64,000 nt of DNA from Callorhinchus milii (lineage: Eukaryota), in the NCBI RefSeq assembly GCF_018977255.1, contig NW_024704755.1, positions 15,190,001 to 15,254,000 on the forward strand. The letters are read 5' to 3'. Shown here in pieces: positions 12,441-24,426 of the stretch (its first letter is position 1; each line of letters begins with the position of its first letter). A program made the position numbers and the translations under genes. The notes under the pieces are model-generated. The model ran no database searches. It saw only the letters and a program-made list of their open reading frames with translations, and was not told the origin of the DNA.

Positions 12441-14150
12441 GGGTAAATGGAATCAGATTAGAAGATCAGCCATGATTAAATGGTGGGGCAGGGTCGAGGG
12501 GCTGAATGGCCTACGCCTGCTCCTATTTCTTATGTTCTTATGTTCTAGTACTACTGTTGTTGTTTTAGACTGATTGCGCCCAAGGGTTTACCGGACCCCA
12601 GTCCCAGTTTACTGTTGATATTGTGAGAGTCGGTTGCATCTGAGGTGTAATTCCAGAGGCTGATCTCTGGGCAGAAGTTTGTTAAAGTATAATCTTGGGT
12701 GTCGACCGACCGCCCGATGATCGACTGACGTGGAGGCATGCGTGTGAGAGTACCAGCTGCACCTCGCTCTCTGATCTCACCACTGAAACATGCAATATTC
12801 GCTAATGGGAGCCAAATCCAGGTGTATTGTTAAAATGTATTAAATTGATGGACGTTTTGAAATAAGAAACTTTCACATGAGGGAATGGGTTTATTACTAA
12901 CTGTTTGCCATCTTCTCGATGCCTCAAAGCGCTACATAGAATACACTGTAAAGTGAGTTGACAATATTTGGTTGGAGAAACATGCAGCCAATTACTCACA
13001 GCTGTGTTCCCCAAACAGTCATGGATCGAGTGACCAATTTTTTTGAAGGCAATTGTTTTTTGAACACCAAATGACGGCTAGAAACGAACTGCACAATCAA
13101 TGTCACTTCAAGATGGAAATCGAATTGTTCTAAATGGAGGATTTGGAGGGTTGGCGCACTGGTCTTTCTCCTCTGGGAGCTGACTTTGAATCCTGTCAAC
13201 CAATGGGCTGGAAACTTTCTGTCATTGTACCTGCACATATGCAGTCTCAAACCAGCATGTACATAGCCTCAGCCCAGACCTCTCATCATTTAGCACAATC
13301 CACTGCTATTTGATTCATCGCATCTCCTCTCCTGATCTTGAACCTTGGTGACTCCTTACACTGGGGGTTTTAGCTCTTTCCTCTCGGTTTCCCCAAAAAA
13401 GAAGCTTGAAAAGTACAGTACCAATTTAACACTAAGTGCTGATGGATACAAGTTAATGTAGAGCACCAAGGAGCCCAGCCCATCACCAATGTGGACAGAA
13501 GAAACTAGAAGAGTCAGAAAAATGTATCTGTTTTTGTATCATTCTGTCTTATAATTCTAACCTGGTTATCTAGAGAATTTCACATAAAATAAATGTCTCT
13601 TTGCTCTCCACAAAATATAACTAATTATATTTTGGAGTCCTGTAGCATAGTGGTTAGGCCGCTTGCCTCTATGAAGCGCTTTCAGATGTCTCAAAAAAGT
13701 GATAAGGGGCTATATCAAATACAACGATTATTATTATTATTAACCAAAAGATCCTCTGTCTGGCGATCATGCGGCTTTAGTGGTGACAAAGGATCAGCAA
13801 CCATCTGGTCATTTCACTTTGGCTACCACAGAATTAGAAAGTGGACATTATAATTATAACTACAGCGCTTCATTTATCTCAGCGGCAAGATTCACCGCAC
13901 TGCTTCAATGAGGAGCTTTTCTCTCATTAAATGTATTGTATCCAAATTAACCCAAATTCACTTAATCCCAGTCGCTAACGCTAAAACAGGACTCTACTTA
14001 AAACCGTGCCTAAAGAGATAAGGCATTTAACTGTGAATGTGACCTGTTTTTTTCCCCATCTCAAAAAATGTAAAAACACATATACAATAGAGATTTTAAT
14101 GACCACCATAAAAGTGCTGAAAAGCTGCAGGGTTTAAGAGCTCTCAACAT
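12441..14150. repeat. Local duplication copy 2, immediately upstream of the gene A promoter
   Basis: See copy 1; lacks about 2.5 kb and about 0.3 kb present in copy 1. Confidence 0.85.
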
Positions 14151-14505
14151 AAAATAAATATGTTAATCTCTCTCTCTATATATATATATAAAAAATAAAA
14201 TCTGCTGGTGAATTGGCAAGTTTGCATTTGTCTCGATCTAACCTGTCAACAGAACATTTCAGTCGACAATCTATAGCTGTTATCTTCTAAACCGATCTCA
14301 GAGCTTTGGGGCTGTAGTTTCGTAGCCAGGAAACCTCGATTTATTGGAAACTGCAGTCACAAGACGTGACATCCGTTTTGGGTGTATGTGTGAGAGAGTA
14401 ACAGATTTCAGATTAAGCGCAAAACATACAAAAAAATTCCCAAATTAACTTGGAGTCCCATTTCCCTGTCCAGGCGAAGACGTCCATTCAATTCAGTTGT
14501 CTAAC

Positions 14506-14560
14506 ATGTTTGCGAGGAGCTCGGTTCATTGGGCATTCACCTTGGGGATGATTTACACAG
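14506..14560 (+). CDS. Gene A leader exon (MFARSSVHWAFTLGMIYT)
   Basis: ATG, 55 nt, phase-1 donor gtcagt; same length as the gene B leader; signal-peptide-like. Confidence 0.75.
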
Positions 14561-14858
14561 GTCAGTCCTTCCAAATGAAGCATTCAATAAATAGTTAAGT
14601 AAATAATTATTAAGAGCGACTCTATTAAATAATGATAATTCTCCAAACGATTGATTTGAGAATAAAGCATGGTCTCTGTAGGAATTGTATATGGATTTCT
14701 TATCGCCTCGTTGAGACGTCTCCAAGCGCTTCATAGGATACACTAAAGTGAATTAACGGTGCAGTTTGTGGGGAAACGCGGCAGCCAAATTGGTTTTAAT
14801 TATTAACTGTATTTATATTCGATGGTCTTTATATATTGATGTTTTCGGTTCTTCACAG

Positions 14859-15164
14859 TTGTTGGGGATACCTTAGTGAATCAACCACCTCGTCTGGAAA
14901 GTGAGAAAGGTGAACGCGTAATATTTTACTGCATCGTTCCCCTCGTTCGGGCAACAAATGCAATCAGGGTCCATTGGTGGAAAGACGATGATCATAACTT
15001 CTTAGACGCAAAGAAAGATTCCCGACAAATATTCAAAATTCCGAACAGGGCAAGTGCAACTTTTACGCTCGAGAGGTTGAGAGTGAGTGATGCGGGAGTC
15101 TATTACTGCAGAGTCCAGGGCGAGATCACTGGCAATGGAACAGGTACTACACTTCAGGTCTCTG
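14859..15164 (+). CDS. Gene A germline-joined VJ-type Ig V exon (..RVIFYC..VHWWKD..DAGVYYCRVQGEITGNGTGTTLQVS)
   Basis: cacag/gtgagt, phase 1-1; B-strand Cys, C-strand Trp, DxGxYxC, J-like GxGT-x-L-x-V in the same exon. Confidence 0.93.
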
Positions 15165-17472
15165 GTGAGTGTTACACACTTGGTAATCACACACTTTATT
15201 TGTAAAAATCTTCCGTTTTTTGCTGTTTTCTATTATGTATATATATACACACACATATTATATATATATGTACACATATGTTTATATATATCGTACACAT
15301 ACTTATGTGTATATAATTTACTTTCCAATAGTGGGTTGTCATCGTATCCACAACTCACTGAAAACAATTCAATTTATCTTCCAAAACGGATCTCGCAGCC
15401 CCAAAGACACCTCACATTTGATCGCATTTGGTAGCTATTTGCGCAAAAAAACATGTCACTGACGCTGCTGTTATTTCAGATAATTTTCTACCGTTTAACG
15501 ACTGAGCTGATCTGAGCCCTACAAAAAAATACATATGCAGGTGTGTGAGAAAGATTGCTCGTTGTACCTTATTGCACAACATTCGTTGCATTCGCCCACC
15601 AACCACACGTACCATATATACAAACGTGTTTCGAAATCGATTCTGTTTACGCATCTGAGGAGGTGAAAAGTTTTGAGAGATGATTTCAAAATCCACTGAA
15701 TCTGTACCGTTAAGAAGTGTCACAATAAGCATCAGAGAAATAGCAAACCCAGTAAAGCACGAGGAGCTATTTCTGTGTTCCCTTTACAAAGAGATATGCA
15801 TTAAAATTAAATTTAATAAATCTGGCTCTGAATGAACGAGAGGGGAAATCATTATTCTTACTACTCTCTTATTTTTATTTGAAATTAAATCAGATCCTTT
15901 ACCCTGTTATTTATTTGAAGGTTTTAACTTTTAACTCGGGTCAAACATAGTTTCAAATAATCACATTCACTTTAGTAGAACGGTCCCCTACTTTTGAGCT
16001 TTAGTTGATGTAAAACGATTTATTTCATTTGTATCAAAAAAAATCGCCCCGATCTCACTGCAACTAATTTAAAGGCAGGATTCAAAATACCTTGTGAATG
16101 TACTGTATAATCAGATACCACTAGGTATCCGAGTTAAGTAGTTTAACCTAAACAGAACATTTAAGATGATACTATTTACTAATAATAATCCTTGCATTTG
16201 ATACATTGCCTTTTAAGTCCAGAGGATGTCTCAAAAGCACTTCACAGGATTTTATCACAATAATAATGATTATACAGTACATTTTCATGTCAGCAGGACA
16301 TCTCAAAGTGCTTCACAAGATTTATTATAAATGTACTGACTGTGTATTTCATAGGAGAACGCACTTGTCAATTTGCACATATCGTGAAACAAACAATCAA
16401 TTTAACTGGAGGTTATCAGACAGAGCAGAAATTCATAATCATAATGCCTCCAAAAAGATTGTTGTCATCTAGTTAGTACAAGCAGTCTAAATTTCAACCC
16501 ACATAAAAAGTAAATCTGCCGAAATCTGAATTAAAACTGTTTGTGGGTCACTGCTGTGCACAATTAGCTGCAGCATTTTGCCCACAAAATACACAGTCAG
16601 CTGACTTCACAGTATATTATGTGAAGCATTTTGAGACGTCTGTTAACATTTATTTTAAATAAATGTAAAATCACGCCCCAAAGAAAAAGTGAAAGTTTGG
16701 GAAATTTTTACAACAAAAAGAATCAACATCCTAATTGCCTCTGTGGGAAATTCCTTTAAGTTTCCTTTCTCTTTAGGTAATGAGCTTAAATGTATGCAAA
16801 ATTTTAGACAATATTTATTATTGCCTTTAGTATTTAGTAACAGTTTACAGCTGCTGCAAACTTTTTTTGACAAACATTAATTTGTATAGTTTACACAGAT
16901 TGCACTTAACTTCGCTAGCATCATGCCCAACAAAGATCATTTTAATGGTATAATAGAGCTGGTGAGGTAGATGATGTTTGGAGATGATATGAGGAGTTTA
17001 TTGCATATGTGCAAATAATGATATAACAATCCTTGCATTTGGTACTACGCCTTTCTGTCAGGAGGACGTCTCAAAGTGGATGTTACAGAATTTTACTGCT
17101 AAATGGAGTGACTGAATTTTTCGACTAACACTGCAGCCCAATAGCACACAGCAAAGTCCCATAAACAGCCATAAAACACATGACTAATTTTATTTTGGAT
17201 TGTTGGCCAGAACGCCGGGAGAAGCTTCCTTTGTTGGTTGAGAAGTACTTTGAGATGTTTCTAAGTTATAGTACTTTGAGATGTTTCTAATAAACTTTAC
17301 GTTTATTCTTTCATAGATGAAGGGACTTTCTACCATTATCCTGGCACACAATGCTCCAGAGAACCAAAATGTCACTCTCTTCATGGTTGTTTGTGGGATA
17401 CTGCTGTGCATAAACCGGCTGCAAGATTTGCCTACAAATATCCGGTCACTACATTTCAGAGAAAATTCTGTG

Positions 17473-17533
17473 AATGATTATTTTTATGTGAAAGAGCACT
17501 AATACAGTGCACTTTCACATAAAAATAATCATT
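17473..17533. repeat. Inverted repeat: 22 bp perfect + 1 mismatch + 5 bp, 5-nt loop
   Basis: aatgattatttttatgtgaaag ... ctttcacataaaaataatcatt. Confidence 0.9.
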
Positions 17534-17832
17534 AGTATTATATTAGTATATTAATATAATATTATATTAGTGCCGTAGCCCCTTGGGACATCCTCACGAC
17601 TTGAAAGGCGCTTTACAAATGTAATTTTGTTGTTGTTGTATCAAGTGCAATTTTTTTTCATACTGTTTATGAACTTTCTGACTCAAACAAAAATGTTAAC
17701 ATAAGTAATAATGGAGTTATAAAATACGACAAAGTAAATTAGCATTGTGATACCCAGCAAAATATAATACAAAACACATTATTTTATGTTCAAAATGGAT
17801 AACTATTTTCTTGTTTGTTAACTTCTTTAAAG

Positions 17833-18126
17833 CTCCACCATCTGCTCCGAAGATTTTCTCCATGGGTTCATCGGATTCTCCAATATATGGGTGTACAACA
17901 ACTGGCTATTACCCCGATGACTTAAAAATGGAGTTCTTTAAAAACGACATTAAACTAACTGAGTTAAAAGAAGATAAACAACTGACAGCAGAAGGAGAGT
18001 ATAATTTTTCTAGTACTGTGGAAGAAAAAGAGCCTGTCCCGATTGGGACCACATATTCCTGTACGGTATCTCACCCCACCCTCAAAAATTCGCCTAAGGC
18101 GGTCAATTATACAGTCATTCCTGAAG
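17833..18126 (+). CDS. Gene A C1-set Ig exon (APPSAPKIF..YGCTTTGYYPDDLKMEF..YSCTVSHPTL..)
   Basis: taaag/gtaatg, phase 1-1; CxxxG(F/Y)YP and YxCxVxHxxL C1 motifs; the usual C-strand Trp is replaced by Phe. Confidence 0.92.
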
Positions 18127-18357
18127 GTAATGGAAACATATTGTTGGAAATACTATGATATTTTTATGATAGTACAAAGTACAATGCAATATTTCAATGA
18201 GACACCACAGCATTGCTGATGACAGACCGGCCAGTACTGGGGGCAGGGATTCTTCCCATACAGCTACTGTTAACCCTGTAAGCCAAAGCCCTAACAAGTA
18301 GGGTGTTACTAGCTGGAGCAACAGCAGGGAGCTTGCCAGAAAGTGCTTTCAATGGCA

Positions 18358-18387
<30 letters not shown>
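18358..18387. repeat. (TAT)10 microsatellite inside an old interspersed repeat
   Basis: Seen directly. Confidence 0.9.
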
Positions 18388-18388
<1 letters not shown>

Positions 18389-18536
18389 AGCAATGCGGTT
18401 TTAATTGGTTAAACTCCAGCAATCATCAATCCTTGGCTCTTGCCAACCTGTGCTTAATACTCTCCAGAATTCAATATTCAGGCTTTCAGTGTGATTTTAT
18501 ATATGAAAATAAATTAGCTTTATGTTTCCATTTCAG

Positions 18537-18641
18537 AAAAAGGACTTAATGACTCTTTTGCCTGGTGGATCTATGTCTGTGTAGGGGCTGGAGCTCTTCT
18601 TCTGCTGCTCCCGATAGTAATATGTGCCTGTAAATGCAGAA
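18537..18641 (+). CDS. Gene A transmembrane exon (EKGLNDSFAWWIYVCVGAGALLLLLPIVICACKCR)
   Basis: tttcag/gtaaga, phase 1-1; uncharged hydrophobic stretch followed by a basic, Cys-rich stop-transfer segment. Confidence 0.88.
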
Positions 18642-19303
18642 GTAAGAGTATTTCATTGACCATTATTAGATTTGTTTTAATAAGCATAATAACTTGCAAT
18701 TAATATAGTGCTTATAACAACAAAGCTGCTCAAATGTTTCACAGGCAATTGTTGGCAAGAAAAGGAACAGTTCAATTGTAGCTAAATATTTTGATTAAAC
18801 TCCAGCAGTCACCAAGCCTTGGCTCATGCTAACCTGTGCTTAATACTCTCCGGAATTTGGTACTCTGGATGGGTCACTCCAGGAAGAATTTTGCGCATAG
18901 CAAGGTTCACTTCAGTGAACGGCCAATTCATCTGTTGTTGCCCATGACAATGGGAAAAGCTCCCTTTCCTTTTTTGATTTGTGTCAGGAGAATCTTTCGT
19001 GGCCACCTGACCAGGTGGACAAGACCTCAGTTTAACATCTCACTGAAGGAAGGCACCTCCGATAATTCAGCACCCCCTCAGTACTTCATAGGGGTGTTAG
19101 CCCTGGACTATGATCTGAAGTTCAACTAACAATCTTCTGACCCAGTTAATCTGGTGTTTGGATCATGCCACAGCGCCAATTCTTACCAAAAGTATACAGG
19201 ATTGCACTACATAACAACATTCAATATTAAGTTCACTATCATTTATTTCCAGATCAACATTTTTTAAAGAAATTTGAATCACTAGTTTCTGTCTGCCTTG
19301 CAG

Positions 19304-19347
19304 AATCATCCACACGCACTGCTATTTCAAAGAAATATGACGTTTTT
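19304..19347 (+). CDS. Candidate gene A short cytoplasmic linker exon (KSSTRTAISKKYDVF); donor uncertain (19341, 19347 or 19353)
   Basis: Strong pyrimidine acceptor; a phase 1-0 exon of this size exists in B and C, but all available donors here are weak. Confidence 0.3.
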
Positions 19348-20296
19348 GTCCTGGTTTCCTGTCTTGCATTCCCTCCTCATCCAAATTCATTCCCCAAAGT
19401 CCCAAAATGAATCCTCTGCACTCCCGTTAGTTTTGCTTTGTGTATCAGGGTGGCTCAGTTGGTAGCACACTCACCTCTAAGTCAAGTGGTTGTGGGTTCA
19501 AGTGTCATGTTGGGGCTTTGAACTCACAACTCTTGGCTGACACTCCAGTGCATTGCTGGGGCTGGGCTGCATTGTTGAAGGTGCCATCATTTGGATGAGA
19601 TATTATCCACTGTCTGCCTGTTTATGTGGACATCAAACATCCCATACACTATTAAGCATTATTAAGAGCTTTGAGACGTCTCGAGGATGCGATAAGGCGC
19701 TATATCAAATGCAGGGATTATTAGTATATTATTCAAAAAGAGGAGCTTCTTCCTGTGTCCTGCCAACAATCTCTGTAATAAAATTGATGACTCACTTCAG
19801 CATTCGGAGCCACTAACCTGTCTGAAGGATGCTATATAAATGCAAGTTGTTGTGTTCATGGATGTTTGTGGGAGATTGCTGTGCACAATCTTTGGCTGCT
19901 GCATTCACTTACAAAATACAGTCACTACATTTTACAGTATATCTTGTGAAGCCTTTTGAGACATCTTCCCTACATGAAAGGCAATGATTCAAATGTAAGG
20001 ATTATGCTTTATTTAGTTTCCATGACAATGGAAGGTAAATGTGGAATTCTCAGTCTGGTTTGGAGCTTGTAAGTTTGTCTTTTCATTTGGTCAGCCAGGT
20101 ATCTGACACATGCAGAAACCATCCCTATGTTTAATAGTATCCAAACCAGACTGTGAGTTCCATGTGTCTAAGGCTGTAAAACCTTTTTTTAAATCTGCAA
20201 ACAGCATAAGAAGAGCTAATGGTTCTGGCTTATTCATATTATCAAAGTACAATTCTTTACATTTGTGATTCCAAAGTTTTTGCTATTTTCATACAG

Positions 20297-20499
20297 TTCG
20301 AGCCAAGAGACGTAAATCGGAGATCTGTGTACGTTGCTCTGGATTGAAAACGGCAAAACCCCAAAGCAAGAAAGAGGAAGCAGGCAGTCAAGTCACCCAG
20401 AAGCCAAAAACAAATGTGAACAAAGGAACAAAAGCTAAGAACAAAGCACCAAGAACCCAGAAGCACCGTACGAGAGATAAGGATGCCATCGTTGAATGA
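20297..20499 (+). CDS. Gene A terminal cytoplasmic exon: phase 0 gives FEPRDVNRRSVYVALD* (ITIM, stop at 20347); phase 1 gives a 66-codon basic Tyr-free tail (stop at 20499)
   Basis: catacag acceptor; Tyr at codon 12 as in the paralogous exons; ATTAAA at 20556-20561. Confidence 0.7.
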
Positions 20500-20946
20500 A
20501 TTAATTAAGAAAACAGTCTTGATTAACAGATTAATTGAACATTATTTTCCATTGTATTAAAGTACATGTCATTAGCAATTAAATATTTTCAAAATATATT
20601 CAGCTTTGGTAATGGTTCTGCTTTCCTCTCAAATAACCAATTTGTACTATCATTGACTCTTTGATTTCTACCAGCCCAGGATACTTTTCTCTTTCATTTT
20701 GCTCTTCATTTACGTGAGTGACCTCCTTCGCTTTATCCAACCCAAGGCACTCCTTTTCACATGATTCCACTCTATGTTCATTGAATTCATTCAGCATGCA
20801 AATGCTCAGTGCACACAACCACCCTTTTCTTGCAGAGTAACAGTTGAACAGAAATTGGTAAATAATATTTGTTTCTTTGAAATCCTCCAAAAACATAGTT
20901 TCTCCAAATCTCCGACCAGACTAACTGACAGCTGCTTATCTCTTAT

Positions 20947-21039
20947 CGTTGGCTCTACCCTACTTCTTTATCTTTACACATTAGGCACACATATGGAGTG
21001 CCTAATGTGTAAAGATAAAGAAGTAGGGTAGAGCCAACG
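20947..21039. repeat. Perfect 42-bp inverted repeat with 9-nt loop
   Basis: cgttggctctaccctacttctttatctttacacattaggcac and its exact reverse complement. Confidence 0.95.
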
Positions 21040-23654
21040 GTAGCTACAACTATATGAATATATTTTGAAGGTAGCTACAACTATTTGATGGACATTGCCG
21101 TGTGAAATTGGCTGCCGCGTTTGACTCACAAAATGATCAGTCACTACATTTTACAGTATATTCTGCGAAGTACTTTGGGATGTCTCGAAGATGTGATAAG
21201 GTGCTGTATTTTAATTTTAATTGTTTTTTAAAGGATTAATACCCCCAGAAAGTGATCTGCCAATTGACTAAAAAACGGGTTCCTACCTACTGCTAGGTAA
21301 ATAGAGGCATGTAGAGTAAATAAACTTGCCTAAGGTTTCGCCCCACCCGGGAATCGAACCCAGCTCCTCTCCTTGCGAGGCGAGTGCTCTAACCAATAAG
21401 CTGCAGGACTCCCACAAGTGCTGTATTTTATAGACAAATGTTGTAGCCAATTTGTGCACAGCAATATTCCACAAAAAGCCCTGAAATTAATGACCAATTT
21501 TATTTGGGAGATTGGTAACCAGTACACCAGGAAGAAATTCCTTTCTATTTTTGAATAATACCACATGATCTTTAATGTCCAATTTCACAGACAGATTAAC
21601 ATCTCATCTGAAGGTCTGCATTTCCAACAATGCAGCACGACCCCAACACTGCACTGTTTCGCTCTCTCGGGATTCAAATCCAGGTCTCTCGCTTCTGAGG
21701 CGAGTGCTCTGACCACTGAACTAGAGGATTGTATGTGCAGATACAACAAAAAAAAATCCTTGTGTTTGAAAAAGCACCTTTTACATTAGGAGGATATCTT
21801 ACTGCTGAATGAACAACTCAAAGCGATTAACACTGATGCTTCAATGCACTGTAAAGTGCAAAGGTTGTATTTTTTGGTTAATTTTGTGCACTATTAACTA
21901 TGTGGCCATAGAGGTAAATAGGTTAATACTGAAATATTATTTACTATTGAGTATTATTTAATACAGAGGTATTGTTTTTTTTGTATGTATATATTCCTAT
22001 GAGAATTACTTTTACAGCAAAGATGTTGTTTTTCCACTTTGATTCTTTTTACTATATATTGCGCAATTCAATGTTGCAATGTGTTTTGTTAAGATAACTA
22101 TCTCAGGGTAAGAGAGGAAATGATTGTTTTGCTTCTTGGGTCAAGCTTTGAATTTAGGCTGATTGATTGCAACACAATGGAAAAGTGGTCAATGGTCTTT
22201 GCGAGTGAGATCACGCTTCAGTCTGCTGCAACACTGTTGATGGACTTGAAAGAGATTTTGCACATAACAAAGGTCACAACAACATGTTTGCTCTCAGGCT
22301 GAACAGCAATTTTTATACCCGAAACACAGTATCAAGCGAAATGAGATATTGAGACGTGCAAAGATTTATAACAAATAGAGTTAGAGGGGATATTCAATGC
22401 AATATGCTAACTCTTTAAGTAAACACCTGTGGCACAAAGATATTTGTTAAATATTATGCATAAAACGAATTATAATGCTTATCGTTCTCACTTTTAATCT
22501 GATACTCAAAACCTATCTCTTTGACTGCGCTTTCCGCCAACTGTCCCCTCCCTACCTAATTTGGATCCCACCCTCAGCTTGGGTGCCAAATAGGTCCTGT
22601 TAATGGTTTGGGATGTCCTCCTTACTGGAAAGGCACTGTATTTCATACCAACAACGTTGCAAATTCTCAAAGCACTTCACAGGAAATAAAATGCTTCACA
22701 GGGGGTCATAGAGCCATCTCAAAATGCTTCATATACAAATGCTGTGAAGAGACTACATGTTTCTAGTCAATTACAGCAGCTAATTTGCACATAACAAGGT
22801 CCAAACAACATAACAACAAACAGCTATGAGGCAAATGACCATTTTATCTGAAGGACTGTTGTGCAGGACACTGAGAGAAGCTCTTCAAGTAGTGTGAAGG
22901 GCTCTTTAAAAATAATAATCCCTAGTCGTTTAATTTGATGTTGCACCTTATCACACCGACATATCTAAAGCCTTTCACAGGGGGATTTTTCTGTAAAGTG
23001 TACTGACTGTATTTGGAGGTCAATGTGACAGCTAAATTTGCACCCCAACATCCCAGAAATAGGCAGGAAATGAATAAATACATATTAGCCAGTACAATTG
23101 GAAGAAATTTCCTAAACTCTTTTAAAACAGTAGACATAGCAACTTATTTAGTAGTAATCCATTTAGTAGGCAGATGGGATTTTCGTTTTAAAGTCTCATC
23201 CAAAGAAGGGCACTTACAACAATTTAGTACTTCTCCGGCATTACATTCGAGTAAGAGCTCAAAGCCCTGACATCAGACATCAACCCGTGACCTTCTGATC
23301 CAGGGCCAAAAGTACTACTATCTAAGACAAGCTGAAACTTGTACCAAGTGTAGTGACTACTTTTGTAAACAAATGTAGCGGCCATGTTGGGCACAGCAAG
23401 ATTCTACAAAGAGCCATGAGAGAAAACAATAAACTTTGCTCTCGGAGTACTAATTGCCAATAAATCCACATTGATTTGACTAAATATCTGAAGCTAATCT
23501 ACTATTAAATATCTAGAGCCAATGATTTCCTGTAATGAGGCCTTCTTCCTACAAATTGCACTCCCTCCAAATATTTGCTACCAGTTTTAATTCTAAATAT
23601 TCAACTTTAAAATGCAGAAATGATTGAACCAATTTTGAGGTGTATTAGTTCAGG

Positions 23655-23925
23655 GTATTCTCTACAATAAAGCTGGAGCCGGAGACTGTAACAGTTCTTG
23701 AAGGATCCAGAGCAAAGTTGTGTGGTTTGCTTAAACGGTTGTAACAGTTATGTGACCAGCTGTAAGACTGAAACATGCATTCTCCTGACGGAAGAGGAGA
23801 ACAGTCTCCGCAAGAAACGGCAGTTCAGTGACATCAACCTTAACAGATGTTCATCGGAGATGTGGTTTACTCCACGATCCTTGTTATTCGTTCATTTTCA
23901 AAAGCGATGTATTTAATAAAGCTAT
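23655..23925 (+). pseudogene. Degenerate Ig V(J)-like remnant
   Basis: IKLEPETVTVLEGSRAKLC, then SSVTSTLTDVHR / GDVVYS and FSKAMYL at V-domain spacing; several stops and frameshifts. Confidence 0.4.
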
Positions 23926-24107
23926 GTTTTTGAGGGAGTTTTTATTTAATATGACCAAATAGAAACATTGAGAAAGATTTATTTTACGATACTGTTTCTC
24001 CTTTCCTTCCCTGGTACCTGTCTCTTTCAGAAAAAAAAACACACAGGATAAAATATACAACTGCTGTAGCTCTTCACTTGACAATGTTGCATTTGGAAAC
24101 CAATAAT

Positions 24108-24426
24108 ATTAATAATAATAATCCTTGCATTTGATATAGCCCTTTTCACGTCAGGAGGACGTCCCAAAGCACTTTACAGAATACACTGTAAAGTGAATTG
24201 ACTGTATATTTGTGGGCGAACGCGGCAGCCAATTGCGCACAGCAATGTCCCACAAACAGTCGTGGATTGAAAGTGACCAATTTATTATTGTTTTGGGCTT
24301 TTGAGGGATTATTATTAGTCGTGTGGAGTAAGGAAAGGTTTTGCCCAAGGTTTTGCCCTGCCTGGAATTGAACTCAGGTCTCTCGCTTGCAAAGCGAGTG
24401 CTCTAACCACTGAGCTACAGGACTCC
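24108..24426 (-). mobile_element. Young full-length tRNA/Deu SINE
   Basis: Intact tRNA-Ala(TGC)-like head; near-identical to the copies at 38451, 41250 and 48465. Confidence 0.9.

Noticed and set aside
20600-20896. 98-aa minus-strand ORF behind gene A
   Set aside because: No recognisable domain or splice context; probably chance
24350-24426. tRNA-Ala(TGC)-like sequence (also at other SINE heads)
   Set aside because: No acceptor-stem 3' half; continues into the SINE body
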